Part shown: one piece after another, positions 25,736 through 33,513 of the stretch
How positions within the stretch are numbered: the first letter of the stretch is position 1
Layout of the letters: each line of letters begins with the position of its first letter
Origin: Candidatus Saccharimonadia bacterium
Lineage (GTDB): Bacteria; Patescibacteriota; Saccharimonadia; Saccharimonadales; Saccharimonadaceae
Reading direction: 5' to 3'
DNA length: 35,609 bases
Assembly: GCA_023259925.1 (NCBI GenBank)
Contig: JALRDS010000049.1
Location: 1 to 35,609, forward strand
Notes under the pieces: model-generated
What the model saw: only the letters and a program-made list of their open reading frames with translations
Told to the model about the DNA's origin: nothing
Databases searched by the model: none
Position numbers and translations under genes: made by a program

Positions 25736-26350
25736 CTAGTGAATAATACTAGTGATAGTGGCTTCAGTCAGTGGCTCCGTCATTACACCGCATTGCGTCA
25801 ATAACGAAGCCACAATATCAGTAGGGAATCCAACAATAATATCCTTTCTACCTTCAATTTGTCGTAGCATCGGTTGAATTAATGGATGCTGCACGGCATA
25901 TCCACCAGCTTTATCGAGTGGATCATCCGTAGCCACATAAGCTTGAATCTGTTCTTCATCGTAGCCATTAAACAACACAGTTGCCGTTGCCGCTTTTGTT
26001 ATGCGGATGTTATTTTTTATACCGACCACTGCAATTCCAGTTGTCACATAGTTCGGAGCTTGCATAACATCACGTAGCATGCCCAAAGCATCGGCTCGTG
26101 ATTCAGGCTTCCCTAGTTGATGGCCGTCAACCGTAACAATTGTGTCACTACCTATTACCAATGCCTCTGGATAGCGCTCTGCAACGTCAAGCGCCTTGCC
26201 TAGTGCCAGCTCTTTTGCCACTAGCTCTGGGTCACGGCCATCATCTAGATACTCGTCAAAGTTACTTGGTATAGTTTCAAACTCAACACCCATGGCTTCA
26301 AGCAGCTGCTTGCGCCTGGGTGACTGGCTAGCAAGAATAATACGCGTCAC
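25736..26350 (-). CDS. maf: Maf-like nucleoside triphosphate pyrophosphatase
   Basis: 204 aa with the N-terminal motif ILASQSPRRKQLL and the GGYAVQ motif. Confidence 0.88.
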   Translation of the reverse strand: MTRIILASQSPRRKQLLEAMGVEFETIPSNFDEYLDDGRDPELVAKELALGKALDVAERYPEALVIGSDTIVTVDGHQLGKPESRADALGMLRDVMQAPNYVTTGIAVVGIKNNIRITKAATATVLFNGYDEEQIQAYVATDDPLDKAGGYAVQHPLIQPMLRQIEGRKDIIVGFPTDIVASLLTQCGVMTEPLTEATITSIIH

Positions 26351-26360
26351 AAAAGCAACT

Positions 26361-26759
26361 TTATATTTCTTCGTGCGGCCGAGTAAGTGTTAATAGTTTT
26401 GCGGCGCCCCATCCTAGTAGCGTATAAATAACAATCGCAACCAGGCTACTTAATTCAAGTACCGATTTGCCATATGTAGGTGTATAGCTAAAGATGCCGT
26501 AGAATGGTGATGCAAAGAAACCACTTACCCCATATACAAAGTCTACGAATGGCGAACCTTCATTTGCAGCCAGCAGTAGCAAGGCAACTCGAAGTGCCAA
26601 AAAGGTAATAATAACGCCAACAATAAACCATACTATACGCTGCGCCACCACAATACCCGATGTAGCACTGCCCCTAGCTTGTTTACGTTCCACCGTGTCT
26701 CCGTTTGAGTTTACTTGCTCAACGGTTGTAGTTTTATCTTCTTGCATGAATGCCTCCAT
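26361..26759 (-). CDS. small membrane protein, YggT-like (tentative)
   Basis: 132 aa with two hydrophobic spans, a GGAGG SD, and TATAAT upstream. The family call is weak. Confidence 0.5.
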   Translation of the reverse strand: MEAFMQEDKTTTVEQVNSNGDTVERKQARGSATSGIVVAQRIVWFIVGVIITFLALRVALLLLAANEGSPFVDFVYGVSGFFASPFYGIFSYTPTYGKSVLELSSLVAIVIYTLLGWGAAKLLTLTRPHEEI

Positions 26760-26827
26760 TCAATTAGAGAGTAGTGAGTGTAATTATATAATAAATTATG
26801 AAATATTGCACCCCTATACACCCCTTC

Positions 26828-26865
26828 AAAGAAATTACCCCACAAGTAATGTGAGGTAATTTCTT
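26828..26865 (-). terminator. long hairpin immediately 3' of the tRNA
   Basis: AAAGAAATTACC (26828-26839) pairs with GGTAATTTCTTT (26855-26866). An inner CACA/TGTG pairing extends the stem. Confidence 0.55.
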
Positions 26866-26942
26866 TGGTAGCAGCGACAAGGATTGAACTTGTGACCTCA
26901 GGCTTATGAGTCCTGCGCTCTAACCGACTGAGCTACGCTGCC
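26866..26942 (-). tRNA. tRNA with CAU anticodon (elongator Met, or Ile2 if lysidine-modified), CCA encoded
   Basis: The reverse complement GGCAGCGTAGCTCAGTCGGTTAGAGCGCAGGACTCATAAGCCTGAGGTCACAAGTTCAATCCTTGTCGCTGCTACCA folds as a cloverleaf. Acceptor stem is 7 bp with G1-U72, D arm GCUC/GAGC, anticodon loop CUCAUAA, T arm ACAAG/CUUGU. It lacks the C1xA72 mismatch and the three G-C anticodon-stem pairs of initiator tRNA. Confidence 0.93.
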
Positions 26943-27004
26943 GTACGTTGTTACTTGGTAGATTGTAGCAAATACTTTTTGTTTTTTCCAGAGGTAGCTT
27001 ACCG

Positions 27005-27571
27005 CTACATATTTGAGCGGTTGTAGTGTCGCTCTGTCATTTTTGTTATAAAGAATGTAAATAGCACAGTAAAGCCGATTGCCAGTGGCATAGATAGTAT
27101 AAGAAATATCATTGTAAGCGAGTCGATAGGGATACCGGTAAGCCATTTTGTTATATATACGGATGGCAGTATAACCAACGTGCTGGCAACAGTGTTTATA
27201 AAGACGGTTACAAATACAGGCCTATCAGTAATGTCATTGCGGCGTAAATATCGATACAATGCAGCAATTACTGCCACTGAAATGACGATACTAAGAAACC
27301 CAGCGCCCATACTCATACGGGTAGTGTACGTGTTTTCTACGGTTGCAGATAATTCATCAATTGCTTCAGCATCCGCTTTTGTTACCTCAGCCTGGTCAAG
27401 AGATAAATCTACCTTTTGCAGCTCCGCCAATTGCTGACCAGCGGTACGATGCTCGGTCGTTGGGTAGGCTAGATACGTAGTGAGTGTACTAAAGCTAAGC
27501 GTTACAGTAGCAATCATTAGCGTAATGACAAAGTACTGTTTTAGATGACGAGTTGATTGCATTTTAGACAT
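27005..27571 (-). CDS. hypothetical membrane protein
   Basis: 188 aa with about 4 hydrophobic spans. TATACT (27588..27583) lies 11 nt before the ATG. Confidence 0.7.
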   Translation of the reverse strand: MSKMQSTRHLKQYFVITLMIATVTLSFSTLTTYLAYPTTEHRTAGQQLAELQKVDLSLDQAEVTKADAEAIDELSATVENTYTTRMSMGAGFLSIVISVAVIAALYRYLRRNDITDRPVFVTVFINTVASTLVILPSVYITKWLTGIPIDSLTMIFLILSMPLAIGFTVLFTFFITKMTERHYNRSNM

Positions 27572-27619
27572 AGATAACTATCAGTATATACAACCTTTCA
27601 ATCCTTCGCTACTGAATAA

Positions 27620-27693
27620 CCGGACTGCGACATCTTGTTACATCACAACACGAGGCCGAAAGGGAAGTAGTTTGCTAATTGAGACACTCCTGA
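27620..27693 (+). ncRNA. long imperfect hairpin, possible small RNA (weak SRP-RNA-like apex)
   Basis: The arms pair roughly from C27621-G27692 up to C27656/C27657-G27663/G27662. The apex GAGGCC-GAAA-GGGAAGUAG resembles the 4.5S motif AGGUCC-GGAA-GGAAGCAG, but with an indel and a C-to-U change. It lies in a 440-nt gap without convincing ORFs. Confidence 0.25.
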
Positions 27694-27780
27694 TAATACA
27701 TTCTTCGAACAAGAGCTCATTGGGACATGACTCTCACCCTGTTTCATTCAACCATATAGTTGAATATATTTATACCACTT

Positions 27781-27894
27781 CTAAAGTTCAATATCAGTAA
27801 GCCCAGCTAGTCTACGGGTAACAAATGTCTGTAAATGATCACTAGTACGTTCCATATTCCAGCTTGCTGTAATTGTATTTACGTTTGCTTCCAT
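27781..27894 (-). CDS. possible 37-aa ORF
   Basis: MEANVNTITASWNMERTSDHLQTFVTRRLAGLTDIEL. No SD. It is preceded by an A/C-rich leader and a possible TTGCTT-N17-TTAAAT promoter. Confidence 0.2.
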   Translation of the reverse strand: MEANVNTITASWNMERTSDHLQTFVTRRLAGLTDIEL

Positions 27895-28064
27895 GGTGAT
27901 TTGTTTCTTTCTTTACTAATTGTTTGTTTTGTTTGCTTGTAATATTATTTAAGCATAAACTTTAAAAAAAAGCAATACCTTTTTATAGTTTATAACTCGA
28001 TTTTTGTATGGACAGATACGGTTATGGTATAAATAGTGTAGGATTATACCTAAAAATCAAACAT

Positions 28065-28784
28065 ATGAATACTATAGATGCATTTGTCATCGTTACTATC
28101 GCCGGACTACTTCACGCCAGTTTTCAATTGAGCGTGAGCATGTTGACGCTACTTTCAAGTCACACCATTGGGGCAAAGAAGTCACACAACCGATTACTCG
28201 GGCTAACGAATAGTTTTACATTCGGTGCCCTCGTAATGACCGTGTTGCTATTATCAACCATATCGTTGATTATTACGCTTAGCTCTACGTCGCTCATACT
28301 AGCCTTGTGGGTAGCGGCCTGCGGTCTCTTACTTGGACTCGGCATTGCTGTATGGATTTTTTACTACAGAAAAGAGCAGGGGACTACCATTTGGCTCCCC
28401 CGCTCTCTTGCTCGCTACTTATCAGATCGAACCAAAGCAACCAAAGAACCAGCCGAAGCGTTCGCACTTGGATTAGTGAGTATACTTGCCGAACTACTGT
28501 TCATACTTGCACCCTTAATAGTTGCCAGCTTAGTGCTAACACAGCTCTCACCTACGCTTCAAGTGTTCGGAATTGTAACCTATATCGCCATCTCTCTCCT
28601 TCCCCTCTTTGTTATTACCGGACTAGTTGGCAGTGGACACAAGATTAGCAACATCCAACGCTGGCGCGAACAAAATAAACGTTTCCTACAGTTTATTGCA
28701 GGCACGGGCTCATTCGCTCTTGGGTTTTACATTTACGTACATCAGGTACTCACCCCAGCTATGCTCGGGGGAGGAATGTACTAA
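28065..28784 (+). CDS. polytopic membrane protein, unknown family
   Basis: The ORF track starts at 28008. I prefer the Met at 28065 (MNTIDAFVIVTIAGLL), immediately before the first TM segment. There are about 6 hydrophobic spans. The stop overlaps the next ATG (TAATG). Confidence 0.7.
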   Translation: MNTIDAFVIVTIAGLLHASFQLSVSMLTLLSSHTIGAKKSHNRLLGLTNSFTFGALVMTVLLLSTISLIITLSSTSLILALWVAACGLLLGLGIAVWIFYYRKEQGTTIWLPRSLARYLSDRTKATKEPAEAFALGLVSILAELLFILAPLIVASLVLTQLSPTLQVFGIVTYIAISLLPLFVITGLVGSGHKISNIQRWREQNKRFLQFIAGTGSFALGFYIYVHQVLTPAMLGGGMY

Positions 28785-29074
28785 TGACGAAGTCACGAAC
28801 CATTGGTGTCGTTAAACGTGGTGGCAAGCGCACCACTGAGCAATTCGATAAAGATAAACTATACGCCAGTATTCAAGCGGCCTGCTTGAGCGTGCGTAGT
28901 CCACATGGCATGGCCTCTACGGTGGCGGATTCAGTATGTGCTGTTGTTTTAGATTGGTGCAAGAACCGCCCCGAAGTAACGTCAGACGACGTACGACGAG
29001 TTTCTGCAAATCATTTAGAGCAGATACACCCTGAAGCGGCATATTTATACAAACATCATCGACTCGTACTTTAG
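28784..29074 (+). CDS. stand-alone ATP-cone domain protein
   Basis: 96 aa. VVKRGGKRTTEQFDKDKLYASIQAA matches the ATP-cone pattern V-x-KR-x-G-x3-x-F-x3-K-x3-SI seen in NrdR and class I/III RNR N-termini. Confidence 0.7.
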   Translation: MTKSRTIGVVKRGGKRTTEQFDKDKLYASIQAACLSVRSPHGMASTVADSVCAVVLDWCKNRPEVTSDDVRRVSANHLEQIHPEAAYLYKHHRLVL

Positions 29075-29084
29075 GAGAAACTGT

Positions 29085-30458
29085 ATGGCAAAAAAACCAC
29101 AATTTGACTACGACCTCATCGTTATTGGCAGCGGCGCAGGCGGCAGCGCAGCGGCTAGTATCACTGCAAGAAAAGGCAAACGGGTGGCGATAATTGAAGC
29201 CGACACCTTTGGTGGCGACTCCCCTAACTGGAGCGACGTACCAACCAAAGCCCTGCTGCACGCTGCTCACCTATACGACGACGCTCGACACGGATCACGC
29301 TTTGGATTGCGCTCAAGTACACTCGGCTACAACTACCCGTCAATTCGTAGCTGGAAAGATTTAGCAGTCAAACGGACCGGCGCTGGTGGCAACAGGCGCT
29401 TTTACGAAAACGAAGGCATAGCCACCTTTAACTCCCCCGCTCACTTCCTTAGCCCAAATGAAATCACCGTAAACCGGCGTCATTTATCGGCCGAAAATTT
29501 TATTATTGCTACCGGCTCACATTGGGTAACACCAGACATTCCAGGCCTTGCCGACACCGGCTTTTTAACACCACGATCGATTTTGCACGCTATTCGTCCG
29601 CCTAAAAGCTTATTTATTATTGGCGGCGGAACAATCGGCGTAGAAATTGCTCAGTTAATGGCTACGTTTGGAACAAAAGTATACATAGCCGAGGTGGCTT
29701 CGCGCTTGCTCCCTAAGGAAGACGAGGAAGTTGGAGTGCTACTGGAGCGCCTGCTCACCGAGAATAAGGGTGCAACTATACTTACTCAAGCACGCGTAGT
29801 AAGTACCCAAAAATATTCACTTCGAAAAAAAGTTACCTACACACGTGGTGGCGTAGAAAAGTCGGTGCAAGTAGATGACATTCTTGTAGCTACTGGTCGA
29901 CGACCAACGGTTGATTTGGGGCTTGAAAATGCAAGCATCAGCTACACCCCGAAAGGCATTGAAGTGAATCAATATCTGCAAACAACTGCACGACACATTT
30001 ATGCAGCCGGGGATGTACTGGGGCATAATCAGCATACCCATTCTGCCCTGCTCGAAAGCCGAGTGGCTGCTCATAACCTGCTAAACAAACAAAAAATATC
30101 GCCAGACTACACCGGAACACCACGACTCACCTTTACATCACCAGATATTGCATCAGTTGGCCTGAGTGAAGATGACTGTACTAAGCGAGACCTCACAACA
30201 AAAATAGGTTTGGCACCGCTCAATATGATTGCACGCTCAAATACAAGTGATTTTCGAGATGGCTTTGTAAAAATTATTGCCGATAAAAACGGCACCGTGC
30301 TCGGAGCAACGGTGATGGCACCACACGCTGCCGAAATTATTCACGAGCTTACGTTAGCCATTAAACATGGCTTGTCCGTGCAAGACATCGCAGCAACTCC
30401 GCACGCATTCTTAAGCTGGAGTGAAGCAGTACGCGTAGCAGCAAGCAGAGCCAGTTAG
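29085..30458 (+). CDS. class I pyridine nucleotide-disulfide oxidoreductase family flavoprotein lacking the CxxxxC disulfide (SthA / soluble transhydrogenase-like)
   Basis: 457 aa. FAD fold is VIGSGAGGSAAA and NAD fold IIGGGTIGVEIAQ. The redox-centre position reads GGDSPNWSDVPTKALLH where Lpd has GGVCLNVGCIPSKALLH. The C-terminal PHAFLSWSEAVRVAA has Phe at the catalytic His position and resembles the E. coli SthA end as I recall it (NYPTMAEAYRVAA). Confidence 0.7.
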   Translation: MAKKPQFDYDLIVIGSGAGGSAAASITARKGKRVAIIEADTFGGDSPNWSDVPTKALLHAAHLYDDARHGSRFGLRSSTLGYNYPSIRSWKDLAVKRTGAGGNRRFYENEGIATFNSPAHFLSPNEITVNRRHLSAENFIIATGSHWVTPDIPGLADTGFLTPRSILHAIRPPKSLFIIGGGTIGVEIAQLMATFGTKVYIAEVASRLLPKEDEEVGVLLERLLTENKGATILTQARVVSTQKYSLRKKVTYTRGGVEKSVQVDDILVATGRRPTVDLGLENASISYTPKGIEVNQYLQTTARHIYAAGDVLGHNQHTHSALLESRVAAHNLLNKQKISPDYTGTPRLTFTSPDIASVGLSEDDCTKRDLTTKIGLAPLNMIARSNTSDFRDGFVKIIADKNGTVLGATVMAPHAAEIIHELTLAIKHGLSVQDIAATPHAFLSWSEAVRVAASRAS

Positions 30459-30472
30459 CTGGTTAGTCTTCG

Positions 30473-31117
30473 CTACGGGCGATGCATTGTGTAATAAACG
30501 GCAAGCACCCATGCACCACTTACTAACCAGCCAGCGAGAACATCCGACGGATAGTGCACCCCTAAATACAACCGTGAATACCCAATAAACAGCGTAAACA
30601 CAGTTGCACCCGCTACAATCAGCCATCGGAACCGAGTTCCCCACCCAAGTAGGCTCACTGCAACCGCAAGTGCACTGCTCGCCGTAGCGTGCCCACTCGG
30701 GAACGAGTAGCTTGTTTCTTCAACAAGATGCACCCACAATTCAGGACGATCACGAATAAAAATAAACTTTAATAGCACATTCAAAAGCACTGCGCCGACT
30801 AAACTGAAGGCGATAAATAGCATGTGATTCCATCGTTTTTTAACCGAAAAGTAGCCGGTGAGCATCAACCCAATCACGGCAACGCCAATAACACCTCCGG
30901 TGTCTGTACCAATAACGAATAGTCTATCCAGTGTTGATGATGCCGTGCTACGAACCAGTTGCAGCAATGCCTCATCGTAGGGCAGCGTGTCACCCTCAAC
31001 AACTTCATCAGCTAGTACGCCAAAGAGTGATGTTAATACCGCAAACACAGCGAGCAAATACATAACTGAACGATGATAGACTACTGCGTTTTTGATTTTT
31101 TGTAGTTCAATTCGCAT
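30473..31117 (-). CDS. PAP2-family phosphatase (membrane lipid phosphate / undecaprenyl-diphosphate phosphatase type)
   Basis: SFPSGHA and SRLYLGVHYPSDV motifs with multiple TM segments. Start moved to Met 31117 (MRIELQKIK), 1 nt after the stop of the upstream kinase. Confidence 0.85.
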   Translation of the reverse strand: MRIELQKIKNAVVYHRSVMYLLAVFAVLTSLFGVLADEVVEGDTLPYDEALLQLVRSTASSTLDRLFVIGTDTGGVIGVAVIGLMLTGYFSVKKRWNHMLFIAFSLVGAVLLNVLLKFIFIRDRPELWVHLVEETSYSFPSGHATASSALAVAVSLLGWGTRFRWLIVAGATVFTLFIGYSRLYLGVHYPSDVLAGWLVSGAWVLAVYYTMHRP

Positions 31118-31118
31118 T

Positions 31119-32000
31119 TCAATAGCGCACCTTAATCGATTTAGCTGCAACCGACAGTTTGACTGGGGTGGTAAACGCTAGTTCACCGTCCAGCTCGACT
31201 TTTTGCTGAGGCGTGGTGTGAATACGAATGTTTCTGCCTAGCACATATGAATGATGGCGTATACTTTTTCGCCTACCGCTATAAAAATCAATCATCCTAA
31301 ACACAAGACCAAGCTTTGAACGACCCCCGAGTGCAAACAGCACTAACTCACGACTTGTTAGTGCTGCATCAGTCGCGATTGCCTTTCCGGCGTGATACCG
31401 ACCATTCGCGATCACCAGCTGATGGGTTTCCATAGAGATTTCCATATCAGCATCAACATCACTAATACGCACATAGAATGGCTTGTGTTTGACTAGTTCA
31501 ATCATCCCAACCAACCCATACGCCAACCTGCCAAAATACTTCTTTTGGCGATTCGTTACATTAGAAGCAATATTTGCAGACACACCTATCGTTGCAGCAT
31601 TCGCAAAATACTCATTGTCAATCTTACCTAAGTCAACCTCCCTAGCTTTTGAGTGTGCGATTCGTTTTACGCAATCATCGATTGACTCTGGCATGCCTAT
31701 ACTTCTTGCAAAGTTATTAGTAGTACCAAGAGGAATAATGCCAATTTCTTTATTCGTATACGCAACGTAGTCCACGGCATTACTGATAGTTCCGTCACCG
31801 CCACCTATTAAAATCAACGTCTCATTCGCAGCTAATGCTTTTTTCATAGCCTGTTCTAGCGAATCACCCGATTTAGAAACCGTGAAGGTGGCGCGTAACT
31901 CAATTGAGTATTTCTGGCATGCAGCAGCAATATCATCAAGCAATCTTTGACTCCTTCGCGACGACTTGTTTACCACTAATACGGCAGCTTGCTGTTTCAT
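31119..32000 (-). CDS. diacylglycerol-kinase-family lipid kinase (DagK/YegS type)
   Basis: 293 aa with the GGGDGT and GIIPLGTTNNFAR motifs. Confidence 0.88.
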   Translation of the reverse strand: MKQQAAVLVVNKSSRRSQRLLDDIAAACQKYSIELRATFTVSKSGDSLEQAMKKALAANETLILIGGGDGTISNAVDYVAYTNKEIGIIPLGTTNNFARSIGMPESIDDCVKRIAHSKAREVDLGKIDNEYFANAATIGVSANIASNVTNRQKKYFGRLAYGLVGMIELVKHKPFYVRISDVDADMEISMETHQLVIANGRYHAGKAIATDAALTSRELVLFALGGRSKLGLVFRMIDFYSGRRKSIRHHSYVLGRNIRIHTTPQQKVELDGELAFTTPVKLSVAAKSIKVRY

Positions 32001-32052
32001 ACTACATCTATTTTACCAATTGCCGAGCAAGTTCATACAGTATACTGAAACT

Positions 32053-33513
32053 ATGATACAAGCCATTCTGGCCTTTTTTGTTGCAACAATTTCGGTAGCC
32101 TACTTCACCAACCCTTTCAGTAAGTTCACTATTATTCAGCTCCCCTACCGTATTCACCTACGCGATCTTACGCATACGATTATGAATAGAAACCACAAAC
32201 TAACTGTACGCTCCAATTGGTTTTGGCGATTGTTCGCGTGGTATCAATGTGGGATATATATTCTATCAACCCGCTATCTACATCAGGCAACGTCATCATC
32301 AAGCACCGTCCCAGACATTATTGCCGACATTCACCAATTGCGATTTGACCCAAATAGACTTCTGTTAATTTCTGGCGATCATTTTAATGGATTGTTCGTG
32401 CGTAATCTCGGTATATTCTACTACCCTACTTTAGATGCGAATATATACACTACAAAAAATGATTGGCGTAACCGACAGGAAGTATACCTGCAGTCACTCG
32501 CCTTTGCACTTGGCTCATTTCAAAAGCACCCTTACTTAAAAACAACTATTGTTTCAACAGGCCGTTACGCTACGACAAGCATAAATTTTTACAGTTATCC
32601 ATCAGATAGTTTATACGGTATGCTCTACTGCTTATCGACACTTCTTGACAAAGAGAAAGCTGGTGCGGAGTTATACTCTACCCCTAAGCGGCGTGTTGAT
32701 ACAATTCCAGCTGCGAAAGAACTTTTACGTGAATACACCCCTTTGCTTACCCAGCTTTACAATCAATATCACGAGATGGTGTTCGACACTGAAACCTCAC
32801 TGATTCGCACCGACATTCATCTATCAGGTGCGAAAGACATCACCAAGCGCCAATCATCGTTTTACGATAATGTAATTTATTGGAAAACAACGCAACTGGC
32901 GATGTCACTTGGAATTATTCCTAAAAGTAAAAACCGTTTACATGCGATTAAGCAAACAATTTTAGCTACCTTTTGGCTTGAAAAACCTGGTTACTTTGTT
33001 GAAGACTTATCTCCAGAATCAATAAAAGAACAGCTGTACTCATCCGACTGGCTCATCGTCCTCTCAACTGGATTTCTTAATATTGCCAATACTAAGGAAC
33101 GTCGCTACTACCAGCGTTCGCTTGCCTACATTAATAAACATAACATTGCCCGTCCCTTTGCGATTAAATATCAAAATGAAACACGAGCACATCGCCAGTT
33201 CCTGGCAGTGCGAATTGCCGTTGCGTCGTATGGTGGTAATTCCATTTGGAGCTTTTGGGGTATGGAATTTATTAAAGTAAACTTGCTCCTTTCAAAATAC
33301 ACTGGCCAAAAATCATATGTAAAAGAAGCAGATTTTCATATTAAACGCTACAAACAAAATATTATCCGATTCAAAGGTTTTCCCGAGGTGTACAACGAGA
33401 AGGGCGAAATGCTGCAAACACTCTTGTATAAAAGTATTTGCATGACTGGATGGGTAATTGGATTTGAGCAAGTACTCGCCATGCGTAACGCATTATCAGA
33501 AGCTAAAGATTAG
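32053..33513 (+). CDS. membrane-anchored (alpha/alpha)6 glycoside-hydrolase-like protein, paralogue of 2374..3528
   Basis: Start placed at ATG 32053, 6 nt after TATACT (32041-32046). The longer ORF from 31966 overlaps the divergent gene. N-terminal TM segment MIQAILAFFVATISVAYF. Motifs shared with the paralogue: GDHFNGLFVRNLG, YGGNSIWSFWGMEF, GFPEVYNEKG. Confidence 0.5.
   Translation: MIQAILAFFVATISVAYFTNPFSKFTIIQLPYRIHLRDLTHTIMNRNHKLTVRSNWFWRLFAWYQCGIYILSTRYLHQATSSSSTVPDIIADIHQLRFDPNRLLLISGDHFNGLFVRNLGIFYYPTLDANIYTTKNDWRNRQEVYLQSLAFALGSFQKHPYLKTTIVSTGRYATTSINFYSYPSDSLYGMLYCLSTLLDKEKAGAELYSTPKRRVDTIPAAKELLREYTPLLTQLYNQYHEMVFDTETSLIRTDIHLSGAKDITKRQSSFYDNVIYWKTTQLAMSLGIIPKSKNRLHAIKQTILATFWLEKPGYFVEDLSPESIKEQLYSSDWLIVLSTGFLNIANTKERRYYQRSLAYINKHNIARPFAIKYQNETRAHRQFLAVRIAVASYGGNSIWSFWGMEFIKVNLLLSKYTGQKSYVKEADFHIKRYKQNIIRFKGFPEVYNEKGEMLQTLLYKSICMTGWVIGFEQVLAMRNALSEAKD

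Noticed and set aside
26904-27146. 80-aa minus-strand ORF overlapping the tRNA gene
   Set aside because: It overlaps the tRNA-CAU (26866-26942) and the 3' end of the 188-aa membrane protein gene in another frame. It has no SD and no recognisable motif.
27675-27700. TPP-riboswitch-like string UGAGACACUCCUGAUAAUAC
   Set aside because: Only the UGAGA and CUGAUAAU fragments match. The pairing partners and the conserved ACCUGAUCUGGAUAAUGCCAGCG core are absent, and no thiamine-related gene is adjacent.
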